DNA from: Candidatus Bathyarchaeota archaeon
GTDB lineage: Archaea; Thermoproteota; Bathyarchaeia; Bathyarchaeales; Bathycorpusculaceae
Length of the DNA: 59,789 bases
Assembly: GCA_963739305.1 (NCBI GenBank)
Contig: CAVTZU010000014.1
Span: 1-59,789, forward strand
Direction: 5' to 3'
Shown here one piece after another: positions 18,965-29,927 of the stretch (position 1 is its first letter; every line of letters begins with the position of its first letter). The translations under genes were made by a program, and so were the position numbers. The notes beneath the pieces were generated by a model that did no database searches, had not been told where the DNA came from, and saw only the letters and a list, made by a program, of their open reading frames with translations.

Positions 18965-19405
18965 GTGAACTTCTTGACGAAAGAAGACGAAATGCTAGAA
19001 GAACTGAAGAAAATCCGAACACTGCTGGAACCAAAACCTGCCCCGCCTGCTGCAGCGCCCAAAAACATGTGGAGAGAATTCATGGACTTCATCTCGAAAT
19101 ACAAGGTCATGGGGCTTGCTGTTGCTTTCATCATCGGCGTTTACCTAGGGGCTGTAGTGCTGGCACTAGTCAAGGATTTGGTAATGCCAATAATAGGTCT
19201 TGCAATACCTGGACTTGGAAATCTAGCGACTTTCAAGATTGCGTTTCCCTCAACAACATTCGATGCGCAAGGAAACCCGCCTGCTGGCTATGGAGGGCAA
19301 ATATTCGGGATAGGAGACTTCTTGGTAGCGGTGATAACCTTCATCATCGTAGCATTAGTGATCTTCCTCATCGTGAAGGTCACCAAGAAATGGGGCATCG
19401 AATAG
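18965..19405 (+). CDS. mscL: Large-conductance mechanosensitive channel
   Basis: EFMDFISKYKVMGLAVAFIIG...LVKDLVMPII...GDFLVAVITFIIVA. Confidence 0.85.
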   Translation: MNFLTKEDEMLEELKKIRTLLEPKPAPPAAAPKNMWREFMDFISKYKVMGLAVAFIIGVYLGAVVLALVKDLVMPIIGLAIPGLGNLATFKIAFPSTTFDAQGNPPAGYGGQIFGIGDFLVAVITFIIVALVIFLIVKVTKKWGIE

Positions 19406-19505
19406 CCATATCAGAAAGCCGTTCAAAACATCTCCCTTTTTTATTGCTAAAAAAGCAGAAAAGCTGAAATTCTCAAACACCACATAATCACATCTGAGTG
19501 TCACT

Positions 19506-19793
19506 ATGCCCTACTATATTCTGCTCTCCAACCTGACCGATGAAGGCTGGAAAACCATCAAAGAAAAACCAAGAAGAATCAAAGAAGTCAACAAAGAGCT
19601 TGAAGCATTCGGCGTCAAAGTCATCTCGCAATACGCGGTCCTGGGACCATACGACTTCGCAAGCATCGTTGAAGCTCCCGACAACAAGACGATAGGTAAA
19701 GTGTCGATCGAACTTGGATCAAGAGGGACAGTGAAGATCATGAGCATGGCGGCTGTCCCGATAGACGAGTTCATCGCATCGCTGAAGAAATAG
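19506..19793 (+). CDS. GYD-domain protein
   Basis: YAVLGPYDFASIVEAPD. Confidence 0.85.
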   Translation: MPYYILLSNLTDEGWKTIKEKPRRIKEVNKELEAFGVKVISQYAVLGPYDFASIVEAPDNKTIGKVSIELGSRGTVKIMSMAAVPIDEFIASLKK

Positions 19794-20058
19794 GCACGTA
19801 CTCATAATCCTTCTCCCTTTTTTCTTGCTCGGAAGTTCAGCTTTCGCTAAGGATACGAATTAAACGAACATGGAATCAGAACAATCTGTCTGCGATTGAC
19901 ATATTGCCCACGCTCAAGAATCAAATACTATTAAGGCAGTTTTCATTTGATTCAAACTCGTTAAGAAAGAAAAGGTTTGAAGGGTTAAACTTAAGAACAC
20001 ATCCAACGACATTAGTACGCAAATTTACCGAAAATGGAACTATCGAGGCACCCGAAGC

Positions 20059-20400
20059 TTGGCTGACAAACGTTTCCAGAAGCTTTTTCTCGACGCCGTA
20101 GACGGCGCATTTTCTTCTCTAGGGGACTCTGCGAGACAGTCGATCTATTTCCACTTGGAAACGAAGTTCAAGGTTCCAAAAGAGCAGATTCCATGCCGTG
20201 TTGAAGATTTCGAGAATGGACTTGAAAATATCTTTGGAGTGGGGACAAAATTCCTCGAGATTCTCATAATGAAAAAACTCTACGAGGGCATAGAACCCAA
20301 GGGAAAAACACTCAGATGGGACGAAGGAAAGGAATTCAAGTTCAGCGAATACGTCAAGACCGCTGAAGACACCTTTTACAAACGAAAAAAGAAAGACTAG
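20059..20400 (+). CDS. NitrOD5/DUF3227-like helical protein
   Basis: AVDGAFSSLG..IYFHLE..IP..F..GLENIFG.G..LE..I.KKLY. Confidence 0.65.
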   Translation: MADKRFQKLFLDAVDGAFSSLGDSARQSIYFHLETKFKVPKEQIPCRVEDFENGLENIFGVGTKFLEILIMKKLYEGIEPKGKTLRWDEGKEFKFSEYVKTAEDTFYKRKKKD

Positions 20401-20531
20401 AATCAACATAGTCGATCCCAGTCCACAATGCAAACGTTTGTACAACAATTCATATTCCAAGTTCACAAACGATTTATGAGGCGTTCATCGTCTTTCATTC
20501 TAAACCTTCAATGACCAACCGAGGGTAAGGA

Positions 20532-20864
20532 TTGTCCCAGGACAACTTCACAAAAGTACTCTTAGCCGCAATTGACCAAGGCCTGTCTTCGCTTGGCGAT
20601 TCGCCGAAACAAGCAATCTTCTACCATCTGGAATCCTCGTTTCAGCTGAAAAGAGAGGAAATTCCGCAAAATCTGACTGAATTCAAGCAGGCTTTGGACA
20701 GAATCTTCGGACCAGGAGCTCCTTACCTGGAAAAACTCATTTTGAAGTCTCTTTACGAAAAACTCGGATTGAATTTCGAAGACTTAGATGGAACGGATCT
20801 TGTAGTTTGTGCAGACGACGCAAGAAAACGAATCAAGCCGGCCGGGGAGGTGAAGATTGAATGA
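20532..20864 (+). CDS. NitrOD5/DUF3227-like helical protein (paralog of 20059-20400)
   Basis: AIDQGLSSLG..IFYHLE..IP..F..ALDRIFGPGA..LEKLILKSLY. Confidence 0.65.
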   Translation: MSQDNFTKVLLAAIDQGLSSLGDSPKQAIFYHLESSFQLKREEIPQNLTEFKQALDRIFGPGAPYLEKLILKSLYEKLGLNFEDLDGTDLVVCADDARKRIKPAGEVKIE

Positions 20865-21331
20865 ACAAGAACGCCAGGATTCTTGCGATCGATGACGACG
20901 AGAACATAAGAAAAGTCATAGCTGCAATCCTCGAAGACGAAGGCTACACTGTCGAATCTGTCGGAACAGCAAAGGAAGCAATAGAAAAGAGCAAAAGGAA
21001 ATTCTACAACGTAGCGTTGATCGACATCCGGCTTCCCGACATGGAAGGAATAGAGCTTCTCACAAAACTCAAGGACACGACGCCAAGAATTAGAAAAATC
21101 ATAGTCACAGGTTATCCCACGCTTCAGAACGCCGTAGACGCCGTGAATAGGGGAGCAGACGCTTACATAGTGAAACCCTTCGACGTCAAGAAAGTCTTGA
21201 AAACGATCGAAGAACAATTAGCCAAACAGCGGACTGAAAAGGAATACGGCCAAGAACTAGTCGCCGAATTCATAGAAGCCAGGATAAAAGAGCTAGACAT
21301 GGAAAAGGAACTGACCCAGAAAGGCAAGTGA
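20861..21331 (+). CDS. Stand-alone response regulator receiver protein
   Basis: IDDD, LIDIRLPD, VTG, YIVKPF. Confidence 0.9.
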   Translation: MNKNARILAIDDDENIRKVIAAILEDEGYTVESVGTAKEAIEKSKRKFYNVALIDIRLPDMEGIELLTKLKDTTPRIRKIIVTGYPTLQNAVDAVNRGADAYIVKPFDVKKVLKTIEEQLAKQRTEKEYGQELVAEFIEARIKELDMEKELTQKGK

Positions 21332-21403
21332 CAGCCGTACTTCAACCTTTCCTAATCCCTTTCGTGATTATTCCGTTAAGATTATTGAACAAACAAGATT
21401 TTT

Positions 21404-22300
21404 TCAACTTTTTCCGTGAATACTTTTTCGCAAGAACTTGAAATCGTGTCCCACTTCAAACCCTATACCGTTGAGAAGCTTGACTGACGGCAAGTTGCGC
21501 TCAGACGTATGCAATACCACAGTATCGATACCCTTTCCATACAGAAAGTTCATCGCCTGCACCGTCAACGCTGAGGCAAGCTTCTTCGAACGATACTCAG
21601 GAATCGTCGCAGCCGGCCCCAAATAACCGCGTTTGGTCCCAAAGTAACGATTGAACTTCACAGCGGGCCACGCAACAACGACCGAAAGAATCTTTCCATC
21701 AAGCTCTGCCAGATGGACCCATTCCCGGTCGAACGGAGGCGACTCGACCTCACCCCTTTCAACAAAATCCGGCTTCAATCTGTCCCACCCAAAAACCCCG
21801 TTCACAGCCTCAACGACGCGTTTTTCCTCATCAGCGTTCATGCTTCGCAGAACAATTCCCTCTGGAACTGCAGGAACAGGTCGAACACCATCGAGTTTAG
21901 AAATCATCTGGTACAATCCGCCGTCAATCACGTAGCCTCTCTTTGTCCATTGCCCAATTTCTGGGCTTCCTGAGTCGACCATAGCGAATACCGACTCGCC
22001 ATGAACCATTCTCTCAACTTCAGTAATCAAAGTGTCCCTAACGACCTGCGAATCTCCTGCTCCTTCAACAGCAAGCCACCTAATCTCTTCACCCCAATAA
22101 CCATCGCTGTAGGTGGCCGAACCCACGATTTTTCCTTCTTCGTCAGCAACCAAAACCTTGGATTTATCCATTTGAACTCTTGCCCGTACTTCATCATCTG
22201 TTAGAGGCATAAACTCATACATGTCCTTCCAAGCGGCGTTGAAAAGCTTGAGTAGTGTTGAGAGATCTCTTTCCTCGAAACCGCGAACCTTCACGCTCAT
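21404..22300 (-). CDS. Tandem GNAT acetyltransferase
   Basis: PEYRSKKLASAL...N..SVKL..GF. Confidence 0.8.
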   Translation of the reverse strand: MSVKVRGFEERDLSTLLKLFNAAWKDMYEFMPLTDDEVRARVQMDKSKVLVADEEGKIVGSATYSDGYWGEEIRWLAVEGAGDSQVVRDTLITEVERMVHGESVFAMVDSGSPEIGQWTKRGYVIDGGLYQMISKLDGVRPVPAVPEGIVLRSMNADEEKRVVEAVNGVFGWDRLKPDFVERGEVESPPFDREWVHLAELDGKILSVVVAWPAVKFNRYFGTKRGYLGPAATIPEYRSKKLASALTVQAMNFLYGKGIDTVVLHTSERNLPSVKLLNGIGFEVGHDFKFLRKSIHGKS

Positions 22301-22451
22301 GTTTTATTCTCTCTAGACAAAAACTGTTGAAGTAATAAACCTTGCCGATCCACGTTCAAATTGAACTCAACAGATGTCGCGAGCGCGAAGTGTTGATCAA
22401 CGCAAGTCCTTTATTAGGCCTGACCCTCAGAATCTAAGCGAGTGAAAATCT

Positions 22452-22952
22452 ATGAAATGGGTAACCCGAGAGTACGTGCACGTTGACAGAACCGCTTGCC
22501 CGTGGCTGATAAAAAGATTCATCGACCCGAACCCAGAATTCATCTTCGTCCCCGTTGAAGACATCGAGGAAGTTGCCAAGAAAGAGAAAGCTATCCCCTT
22601 TGACGTGCCTGGCGCCGAACTGGGGCATAAAGGAGACAAGTGTAGCTTTGACGCGTTCATCGAGAAGTACAAGATAAACGACCCAGCAGTGCTGGAAGTT
22701 GCCAAAATCGTCCGAGCAGCAGACACGGACAAGCCTGACTCGCCAGAAGCGCCCGGACTAGACGCCGTAATGACTGGAATATCAATGAGCTCAAAGGATG
22801 ATCACGAGGCCATCGCGAAAGCCGCACTGGTTTATGATGCCCTCTACACTTTCTGCAGACTCAGACTGATACGTGAACAACACAGAGCTGAAATCGAGAA
22901 AATGGACAGAAGAATACGCCATGAATTCTTGAAAGAAAAACTGTTAAAGTGA
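22452..22952 (+). CDS. Chromate-resistance ChrB-like C-terminal domain protein
   Basis: KWVTR..HVDRTACPWLIKRFID, PFD, H.GDKCSFD. Confidence 0.85.
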   Translation: MKWVTREYVHVDRTACPWLIKRFIDPNPEFIFVPVEDIEEVAKKEKAIPFDVPGAELGHKGDKCSFDAFIEKYKINDPAVLEVAKIVRAADTDKPDSPEAPGLDAVMTGISMSSKDDHEAIAKAALVYDALYTFCRLRLIREQHRAEIEKMDRRIRHEFLKEKLLK

Positions 22953-23070
22953 TTTCTGGAGCACAAGATAAGAATAAGCAACGAAGATCCCAGCCGCACG
23001 AAGCAAGCAGTTTTATTTGCATCTTGTTCTCTACTACAGCGGAAAGCTTTCAACGATTAGCGGGTCAAGG

Positions 23071-24294
23071 ATGAACGTTTCAAAAGACACTCGGAACACC
23101 GTATTCCTGACGCTTTGCATAATGGGCTTCTTCACAATACTGAGCTCAACGATGTCGAAGAACCCAGTACTGAAACCCTTCTCGACGTACGTCGGAACCC
23201 CAACGGACTGGACAGGCATCGTTGCCTCCGCATCCACTATACCAGGGATCTTGGTCAGCCTTCCTGCCGCCTCGCTCTCCGACATCTACGGAAGAAAAAG
23301 ATTCTTGCTGATTGCAGGATTCGTTTTTGCTTCCGCACCTTTCCTGTACCTCTTCATAGGCGTCTGGTGGGAATTGATACTCATCAGATTCTACCATGGG
23401 TTCGCAACTGCAATATTCGTGCCGGTGGCCGAGGCTGCTGTAGCAGAGTCCTTTCCGACGAAAAGAGGAGAACGCATCTCTCTTTTCTCCTCGGCAACAT
23501 ACGTTGGAAGGGTTATCGCACCGCTTCTCGGCGGATACATACTTTTCACGACTGGAAACAGCTTTCATTCCTTGTACATTGCCGTGGGCATCGCAGGAAT
23601 CACAGGACTGATAATGGCAGTGCCATTTCTAGGAGGAAAGGAAGCAGCGACGCAAGAAGCGATGCAACGCGCTGCCGCCGGAGAAATCGTTCAAAAAATC
23701 TTTCAAGGATTTCGAACAGTGGCCAGGTGCCCCGGAGTGTTGCTGGTGAGCTTCGTCCAGGCCTGCCAGTACTATGCTTACGGATCCGCAGAATACTACC
23801 TCGGAGGTTACCTTCCGGAAGTTGCCCGACTCAACGAATTCCAAACCGGGTTAATCTTGACCAGCATCATAGCCGTCGGCATTTTCGCCCGACCTTACGT
23901 GGGAAGAATTTCGGACAGAACCGGAAGACGCATTCCCATAATCGCCGGATGCCTGATCTCAGGTCTCCCCCTGTTTGCAATTCCCTTCGTAGCAGACTTC
24001 TGGATTCTGCTATCCCTAGCAATAGTGTACGGGCTGGGTCTCGCGACGGTCATGAGCTCAGTTCAACCGTTGATCTGCGACCTTGTGCCAAGAGAAGTGG
24101 TCGGAACTTCAATGGGCTTCATCGACACAGTGATGGACATTGGGCAAACGTTGGGGCCTATAATCACCGGGTTCATACTAGGAGTCAGCGTCTTATACGG
24201 ATTGCAGTACACGCTGGTTTTTCCATCTCTCGCAGTCGTCTTGCTCATCGCCGCCGCAGTCTTCGCCTCATCCAAGACTGCCAGAGGAAAATAA
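23071..24294 (+). CDS. MFS transporter
   Basis: About 12 TM; LSDIYGRK and ISDRTGRR motif A. Confidence 0.9.
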   Translation: MNVSKDTRNTVFLTLCIMGFFTILSSTMSKNPVLKPFSTYVGTPTDWTGIVASASTIPGILVSLPAASLSDIYGRKRFLLIAGFVFASAPFLYLFIGVWWELILIRFYHGFATAIFVPVAEAAVAESFPTKRGERISLFSSATYVGRVIAPLLGGYILFTTGNSFHSLYIAVGIAGITGLIMAVPFLGGKEAATQEAMQRAAAGEIVQKIFQGFRTVARCPGVLLVSFVQACQYYAYGSAEYYLGGYLPEVARLNEFQTGLILTSIIAVGIFARPYVGRISDRTGRRIPIIAGCLISGLPLFAIPFVADFWILLSLAIVYGLGLATVMSSVQPLICDLVPREVVGTSMGFIDTVMDIGQTLGPIITGFILGVSVLYGLQYTLVFPSLAVVLLIAAAVFASSKTARGK

Positions 24295-24334
24295 CCGCAG
24301 AGCAAAAAGCAGATGCCAACGGAGCGAGGTTAAT

Positions 24335-24832
24335 ATGCTCGATCTCGGTCGTCTTCTCCGAATATTCCCAGTGAAAACATCCGAGCACCTACTCTTCGAC
24401 CTCTACAATTACCTATACTTTCGAGCAGCCGAAGAAGGAAGCGCCATCATGATCATCGGTGAATCTAGCCTTCTGACTCTGCTGATCGCGGTGCCTTACA
24501 TACTCGGGTCTGAACTCGCATTTTTCAGGGAGAACCGATACTTCGTCAAGCTCAACAAACAGGTCGCCGCCGTCTTCGTCCTCCGCGAGGAACCTGACGC
24601 AATTTACATAGCCAGTCTCGCCGTTGCACCCGAGTACAGAAGACATGGCTTAGCCACATGCATCATAAACTTCTCAGCAAAAGTCGCAGACCAAATGGGA
24701 AAAAAATGGGTTGAACTCACAGTCCTGAAGAAAAACACGGTCGCACGCGAGCTCTATAAAAAACTGGGATTTCTCGAGAAACATGAAAGAAAGCGGTCTC
24801 TCGTCCTCAGGAAAAGAGCAACAGAACTCTGA
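24335..24832 (+). CDS. GNAT acetyltransferase
   Basis: LAVAPEYRRHGLA...NTVARELYKKLGF. Confidence 0.8.
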   Translation: MLDLGRLLRIFPVKTSEHLLFDLYNYLYFRAAEEGSAIMIIGESSLLTLLIAVPYILGSELAFFRENRYFVKLNKQVAAVFVLREEPDAIYIASLAVAPEYRRHGLATCIINFSAKVADQMGKKWVELTVLKKNTVARELYKKLGFLEKHERKRSLVLRKRATEL

Positions 24833-25014
24833 AATCCCTTATCACGAGTGGCAGTCCAGCAGGGAAAACGTTAAACATTTTCTTCATCGACTTGAATTGA
24901 ACTCCTTTTCCGAAATAGGCTTTTCCTGACAAAGTCAATTGTGCGGAATCTTGTCTACGTTAACAATATCCCTGTGCTCGAGTTTCTCACGTATATACAA
25001 CATTACTGTAAGAA

Positions 25015-25078
25015 GGGTTAAATACCTAAACACTAGATACAGCGTTTCCTTTAGTCACAAAAACACTAACGATTGTCG
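25015..25078 (+). promoter_or_regulatory. nrdRDG promoter: TATA (TTAAATA 25018-25024) and tandem NrdR-box-like sites at 25030-25045 and 25063-25078
   Basis: ACACTAGATACAGCGT matches acaCwAtATaTwGtgt at 13/16; weaker second box 33 bp downstream. Confidence 0.55.
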
Positions 25079-25098
25079 AGCGCACGAACGGTGATCAA

Positions 25099-25545
25099 GT
25101 GAAGTGTCCATATTGCGGGTCTGAAAACCTGAAAACCCTAGAGACAAGGGATTCACCTGACAACACGGTCAGAAGACGGAAAGAGTGCGCAGACTGTGGA
25201 AAACGCTTCACATCATACGAGTATGTAGAAACTGTCGAGTTGATGGTGAAGAAAAAAGACGGCACGCCTGAAAGATTTGACCTCAACAAGATCGTTGGAG
25301 GTCTGCAGAAAGCCTGCGAGAAAAGACCCGTAACGATGGACCAGATACACGAGTTAGCGGAACGCGTCAGACAAGACTTGACAACGCTCGGAAAAGACGA
25401 AGTCAGTTCCCGCGAAGTAGGAGACTCAGTCATGAAGCACTTGAAGAAGCTGGACCGAGTGGCTTACATCAGGTTCGCGTCGGTCTACAGAGAGTTTGAG
25501 GAACCTGAGGACTTTCAGAAACTGCTCAAAGAGGTAAAAAAATGA
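25099..25545 (+). CDS. nrdR: Transcriptional repressor NrdR
   Basis: KCPYC...RRRKECADCGKRFTSYE zinc ribbon, ATP cone, VAYIRFASVYR. Confidence 0.95.
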   Translation: MKCPYCGSENLKTLETRDSPDNTVRRRKECADCGKRFTSYEYVETVELMVKKKDGTPERFDLNKIVGGLQKACEKRPVTMDQIHELAERVRQDLTTLGKDEVSSREVGDSVMKHLKKLDRVAYIRFASVYREFEEPEDFQKLLKEVKK

Positions 25546-27674
25546 AAACAGTTAGAAAACGTGATGGCAGATTAGAACCGTTTGATCAAGAACGTATAAC
25601 AAACGCGATTTGGAAGGCCGCGAAAGCTGTAGGCGGAAAGGACCGCGATTTGGCCAAACGCCTTAGCGACCAGGTTATTGCAGAGCTCAACCTCCGTTTC
25701 GGCGAAGATGGCGTTCCAACCGTGGAGGAAATCCAAGACTTGGTTGAGAAAACCATCATAGTGGGGGGCTATGCGAGAACAGCGAAGGCCTACATCCTTT
25801 ATCGCAAGCAGCATCAAGACCAACGAGAATTGGCCGCGCTTCTCAGCGACGCAGACCTCGTGGATCAATACTTGGACATTGAGGACTGGCGAGTCAGAGA
25901 AAACTCCAACATGAGCTACTCCCTCCAAGGCTTGAACAATTATCTTTCTTCCACAGTAATCGCGAAATACTGGATCAGCAGAATTTACCCACCTAACATC
26001 GCAGAGGCCCACTTCTCAGGCGACATGCACATCCACGACCTCGGCGTCCTGGGCGCATACTGCGTCGGCTGGGACCTAAGGGAACTCTTGATGTCAGGCT
26101 TCGGTGGAGTCTCTGGAAAAATCGAGAGCAAGCCCGCCAAACACTTCAGGACTGCGCTGGGTCAAATCGTTAACTTCTTCTACACGCTTCAAGGCGAGGC
26201 AGCAGGCGCCCAAGCCTTCAGCACTTTCGACACTTATCTCGCTCCGTTCATACGTTACGACGGCTTAAGTCAGAAAGAAGTTGAACAGGGCTTACAGGAA
26301 TTCTTCTTTAACATGAACGTGCCTACGCGTGTAGGGTTCCAGACACCTTTTACAAACATTACCCTGGACATGACGGTTCCAGACTACATAAAGAATGAGG
26401 CAGTCATTCTGGGCGGCAGAAACATGGACTCCACCTACGGAGAGATGCAGCCCGAAATGGACATGTTCAACGCTGCCTTCGCCGACGTAATGAGCCAAGG
26501 GGATTCGAAAGGAAGAGTCTTCACATTTCCCATACCCACTTACTGCGTAACCAAGGATTTTGAATGGGACACTCCGATCACTCAGAAAGTCTTCGAGGTC
26601 ACCTCCAAGTACGGCGTTCCCTATTTCTCCAACTTCATCAATACGGATATGAAGCCAGAAGACGTTCGCAGCATGTGCTGCCGACTCAGGATTGACAATC
26701 GAGAACTCCGTAATCGAGGCGGAGGCTTCTTCGGTGCAAATCCGCTTACGGGCTCGATCGGAGTAGTGACGCTGAACCTGCCGAGAATCGGGTATCTAGC
26801 AAAGGACGAAGATGAATTCTTCGAACGTCTTGAGAAACTCATGGAAACTGCAAAAGAAAGTCTAGAGGTAAAACGGAAGGTGCTGGAAACTTACACAGAG
26901 CATGGGCTATACCCGTATTCGAGGCGATACCTGGAAAACGTCAAAGAGGCATCTGGGCGTTATTGGCAGAACCACTTCTCAACGGTTGGAATCCTGGGAA
27001 TGAACGAAGCTATCTTGAATCTTTTCGGCGTCAGCATTGTCTCAGGCGACGGAACAGAATTCGCGATAAGGACGCTCAAATTCATGCGCAACAGGCTGCT
27101 TGAATTCCAAGAAGAAACGCGAAACATGTACAATCTGGAAGCCACGCCGGCTGAAGGAACAAGCTACAGGTTAGCAAGAATAGACAAGAAAAAGCACCCA
27201 GACATCATCGTCTCCAACCAGAAACACCTCGCGAGCGGAGCCGAACCCTTCTACACCAACTCTTCCCAGCTACCCGTGGACTTCGAAGGAGATCTGTTCG
27301 AAGCACTCGAACATCAAGATAGGCTTCAAACACTCTACACCGGAGGCACAGTCTTTCACATATTTCTTGGCGAAAGACTTCCCGCATGGAAAGCCTCATC
27401 CGAACTCATCAAAAAAGTCGCCACAAGCTCGCATCTACCCTACTTCACTCTGACACCGACGTTCAGCATATGCACAACCCACGGCTACATCAACGGAGAA
27501 CACAAACAATGTCCCACTTGCGGAGCAAAATGCGAGGTCTACTCGAGAGTAGTGGGCTACTTGAGACCTGTTGACCAGTGGAACGACGGGAAACAAGCAG
27601 AGTTTAACATAAGAAAAACCTTCGATCGATCAGCAGTCACGCTAGCCGCTTCGGCACAAGTGATAACCGCATGA
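25542..27674 (+). CDS. nrdD: Class III anaerobic ribonucleotide reductase
   Basis: ATP cone, HIHDL, SMCCRL, EATPAEG, YSRVVGYL glycyl-radical loop. Confidence 0.95.
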   Translation: MKTVRKRDGRLEPFDQERITNAIWKAAKAVGGKDRDLAKRLSDQVIAELNLRFGEDGVPTVEEIQDLVEKTIIVGGYARTAKAYILYRKQHQDQRELAALLSDADLVDQYLDIEDWRVRENSNMSYSLQGLNNYLSSTVIAKYWISRIYPPNIAEAHFSGDMHIHDLGVLGAYCVGWDLRELLMSGFGGVSGKIESKPAKHFRTALGQIVNFFYTLQGEAAGAQAFSTFDTYLAPFIRYDGLSQKEVEQGLQEFFFNMNVPTRVGFQTPFTNITLDMTVPDYIKNEAVILGGRNMDSTYGEMQPEMDMFNAAFADVMSQGDSKGRVFTFPIPTYCVTKDFEWDTPITQKVFEVTSKYGVPYFSNFINTDMKPEDVRSMCCRLRIDNRELRNRGGGFFGANPLTGSIGVVTLNLPRIGYLAKDEDEFFERLEKLMETAKESLEVKRKVLETYTEHGLYPYSRRYLENVKEASGRYWQNHFSTVGILGMNEAILNLFGVSIVSGDGTEFAIRTLKFMRNRLLEFQEETRNMYNLEATPAEGTSYRLARIDKKKHPDIIVSNQKHLASGAEPFYTNSSQLPVDFEGDLFEALEHQDRLQTLYTGGTVFHIFLGERLPAWKASSELIKKVATSSHLPYFTLTPTFSICTTHGYINGEHKQCPTCGAKCEVYSRVVGYLRPVDQWNDGKQAEFNIRKTFDRSAVTLAASAQVITA

Positions 27675-28349
27675 AATTCAGCGGACTTCAGAAGACCAGC
27701 CTGGTTGACTTTCCCAACCGAATATGCTCCGTCCTCTTCACGCCCGGCTGCAACCTGCGCTGCCCATTCTGCCACAACTGGCGAATAGTAGTCGATCCAA
27801 AACCTCCGTTCCTCACCGAAGAAATGGTCGTTGAAAATTCTTGAAGACCGACGAAAATACGTCGACGCGGTCGTTATCACAGGCGGAGAACCCACGATAC
27901 ACAAAGAACTGCCCAAATTCTTGCGAAAACTGAAAGAAAAAGGTTTCAAAGTGAAGCTTGACACAAACGGACTCGACTCACGCATGCTAGAAGAGTGTCT
28001 TCCATACTTGGACTATGTTGCGGTGGATTTGAAAACCAGCCTAAGCAAATATCGTTCACTTGGAGCAGAAGACACAACTGAACTCATCCGAACCATAGAT
28101 ATCCTCAAGATGGGCACGGTCGAGTACGAGTTCAGAACAACGGTTGTCCCTGGTTTCGTCGAGACATCGGACATACATTCGATGACCGAACTTGTCAAGG
28201 GTGCAAAAACGTGGGCACTCCAGCAGTTCGTTCCCGGCGACACGTTGGACAGAGAACTCGGAGCGGTGAAACCTTTTCCTCCGGAGACCATTGACAGATA
28301 TGCCGAAACGTTGAGAACCTTCGCGGATCAAGTACTCCTCCGAACCTGA
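27671..28349 (+). CDS. nrdG: Anaerobic RNR activase (radical SAM), frameshift near 27825
   Basis: GCNLRCPFCHN from ATG 27671; ITGGEPT and KLDTNG in the next frame. Confidence 0.9.
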
Positions 28350-28360
28350 ACGCGCGTTGG

Positions 28361-29748
28361 CTATGCCATTTTTGTCGGATCCAGCAATTCGTCGAGGTTT
28401 CCCTTGACCTTCAGGTTCATTTCTAGAACCACTTGCTTTATCGTTTTTCCAGTCTTCGCCGCGACCCGCGCAATTTCTGATGCCTTGTCATAGCCTAGTA
28501 TAGGAACCAACCGCGTAACAACCATCAGGTTCCTTTCCAACTGAAGGTTCATCTGCTCAACATTCACCTCTAAACCCCGCAGACAGTTTTCGACGAACGA
28601 TCGAATCCCCTCTGCAAGCAGTTCGACCGACTGTAGAAGATTAACAATCATCAATGGTTTTGCGACGTTCAGGTCGAGCGTGCTGCCAAACGCTTCTGCA
28701 AGAGAGACCGTCGTGTCGTTGCCGATCACTTGGAGACAGACTTGAATGAGCGCCTCAGCCTGCGTCGGGTTGATTTTCCCCGGCATGATCGACGAGCCAG
28801 GCTCGTTCTCGGGAAGAATCAGTTCGCCTAGACCTGCGCGCGGACCACTTCCCATCCAACGAATATCGTTCGACATCTTGAGAATTGAAAGAGCCAAGAG
28901 ACGCAACTCGCTGCTAGTCTTTGCGATCGAATTGTGTGAAGATATCCCCTCCGCCTTGACCGGGTTTAGCCTAAACGGAAAACCCGTAATCTCTGCGCAA
29001 ATGGGCCACGGCCAACTTCCCAAAATTCTTGTCAGCATCTATCCCGGTGCCGACAGCCGTTCCTCCGATCGGGACATCAAAGAGTTCTTCACAAGCATCC
29101 TTCAAACGAAGCTTGCAGACCGAAACCTGTCTTTCATAGACCTCAAACTCGGTGGACAAACGAATAGGTACCGCGTCCTGGAGATGCGTTCTCCCAACTT
29201 TGACTACGTCTTTGAATTCAACGATCTTCTTCCTGAGGCTCTTTTGCAAGACTTCAAGTGCCGGAACCAGCTTGATCTCGATCTGTTGAAGAGCCGACAA
29301 ATTCATCGCTGTAGGGATAACGTCGTTGGACGATTGACTCTTGTTGACATGATCGTTCGGGTGAACGGGAAACTTTCTCCCGAGAGAGTGGCCTAGTATT
29401 TCGTTTGCTCTGTTTGCTAGAACTTCGTTCATGTTCATGTTTATCTGAGTTCCAGATCCAGACTGGAAGACATCGACGGGAAACTGATCGAGAAATCTGC
29501 CATATCGAAGCAGCTCGTCAACAGCTTGAAGGATTGCCCTGCCCTTCTGCTTCTCAATCTGACCCAGGTCAAGGTTTGCTTTCACACATGCTTTCTTCAC
29601 TTTGGCCAACGCTAAAATGAAACTCTCAGGAAATCTTCTTCCGCTTATCCTGAAAGCTCCGAACTGCTCTTTCTGTGTTGATTCCCCAATACGCCTCTTT
29701 AGGCACCTTCAACTCTCCGAGTATGTCCCGTTCTTTTCGCGTCTTCAT
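28361..29748 (-). CDS. fumC: Class II fumarate hydratase, frameshifts near 29650 and 28995
   Basis: QSGSGTQINMNMNEV, HPNDHVN, GRTHLQDA, GSSIMPGKINP. Confidence 0.9.
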
Positions 29749-29927
29749 GAGCTTCACGACTCTCATACAAAGTGAGTCTGCCTTTCTCTAGATACAAGCT
29801 TTTCTGCAACTGCTAAGCGGTTGGCAGAGTTCCATCGATCGAATAAATCATTGGTCAAGCGAAGCGTAAGGTTTAAGGGCAGATGCGTAGTTTACGTTTC
29901 GAATGCTCTTGTCAAGAGGGTCCATAT

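Noticed and set aside
23115-24374. 419-aa overlapping ORF on the MFS gene, and similar antisense ORFs over nrdD, rpoA, rpoB, rpoH and meaB
   Set aside because: Shadow frames of genuine genes with no motifs
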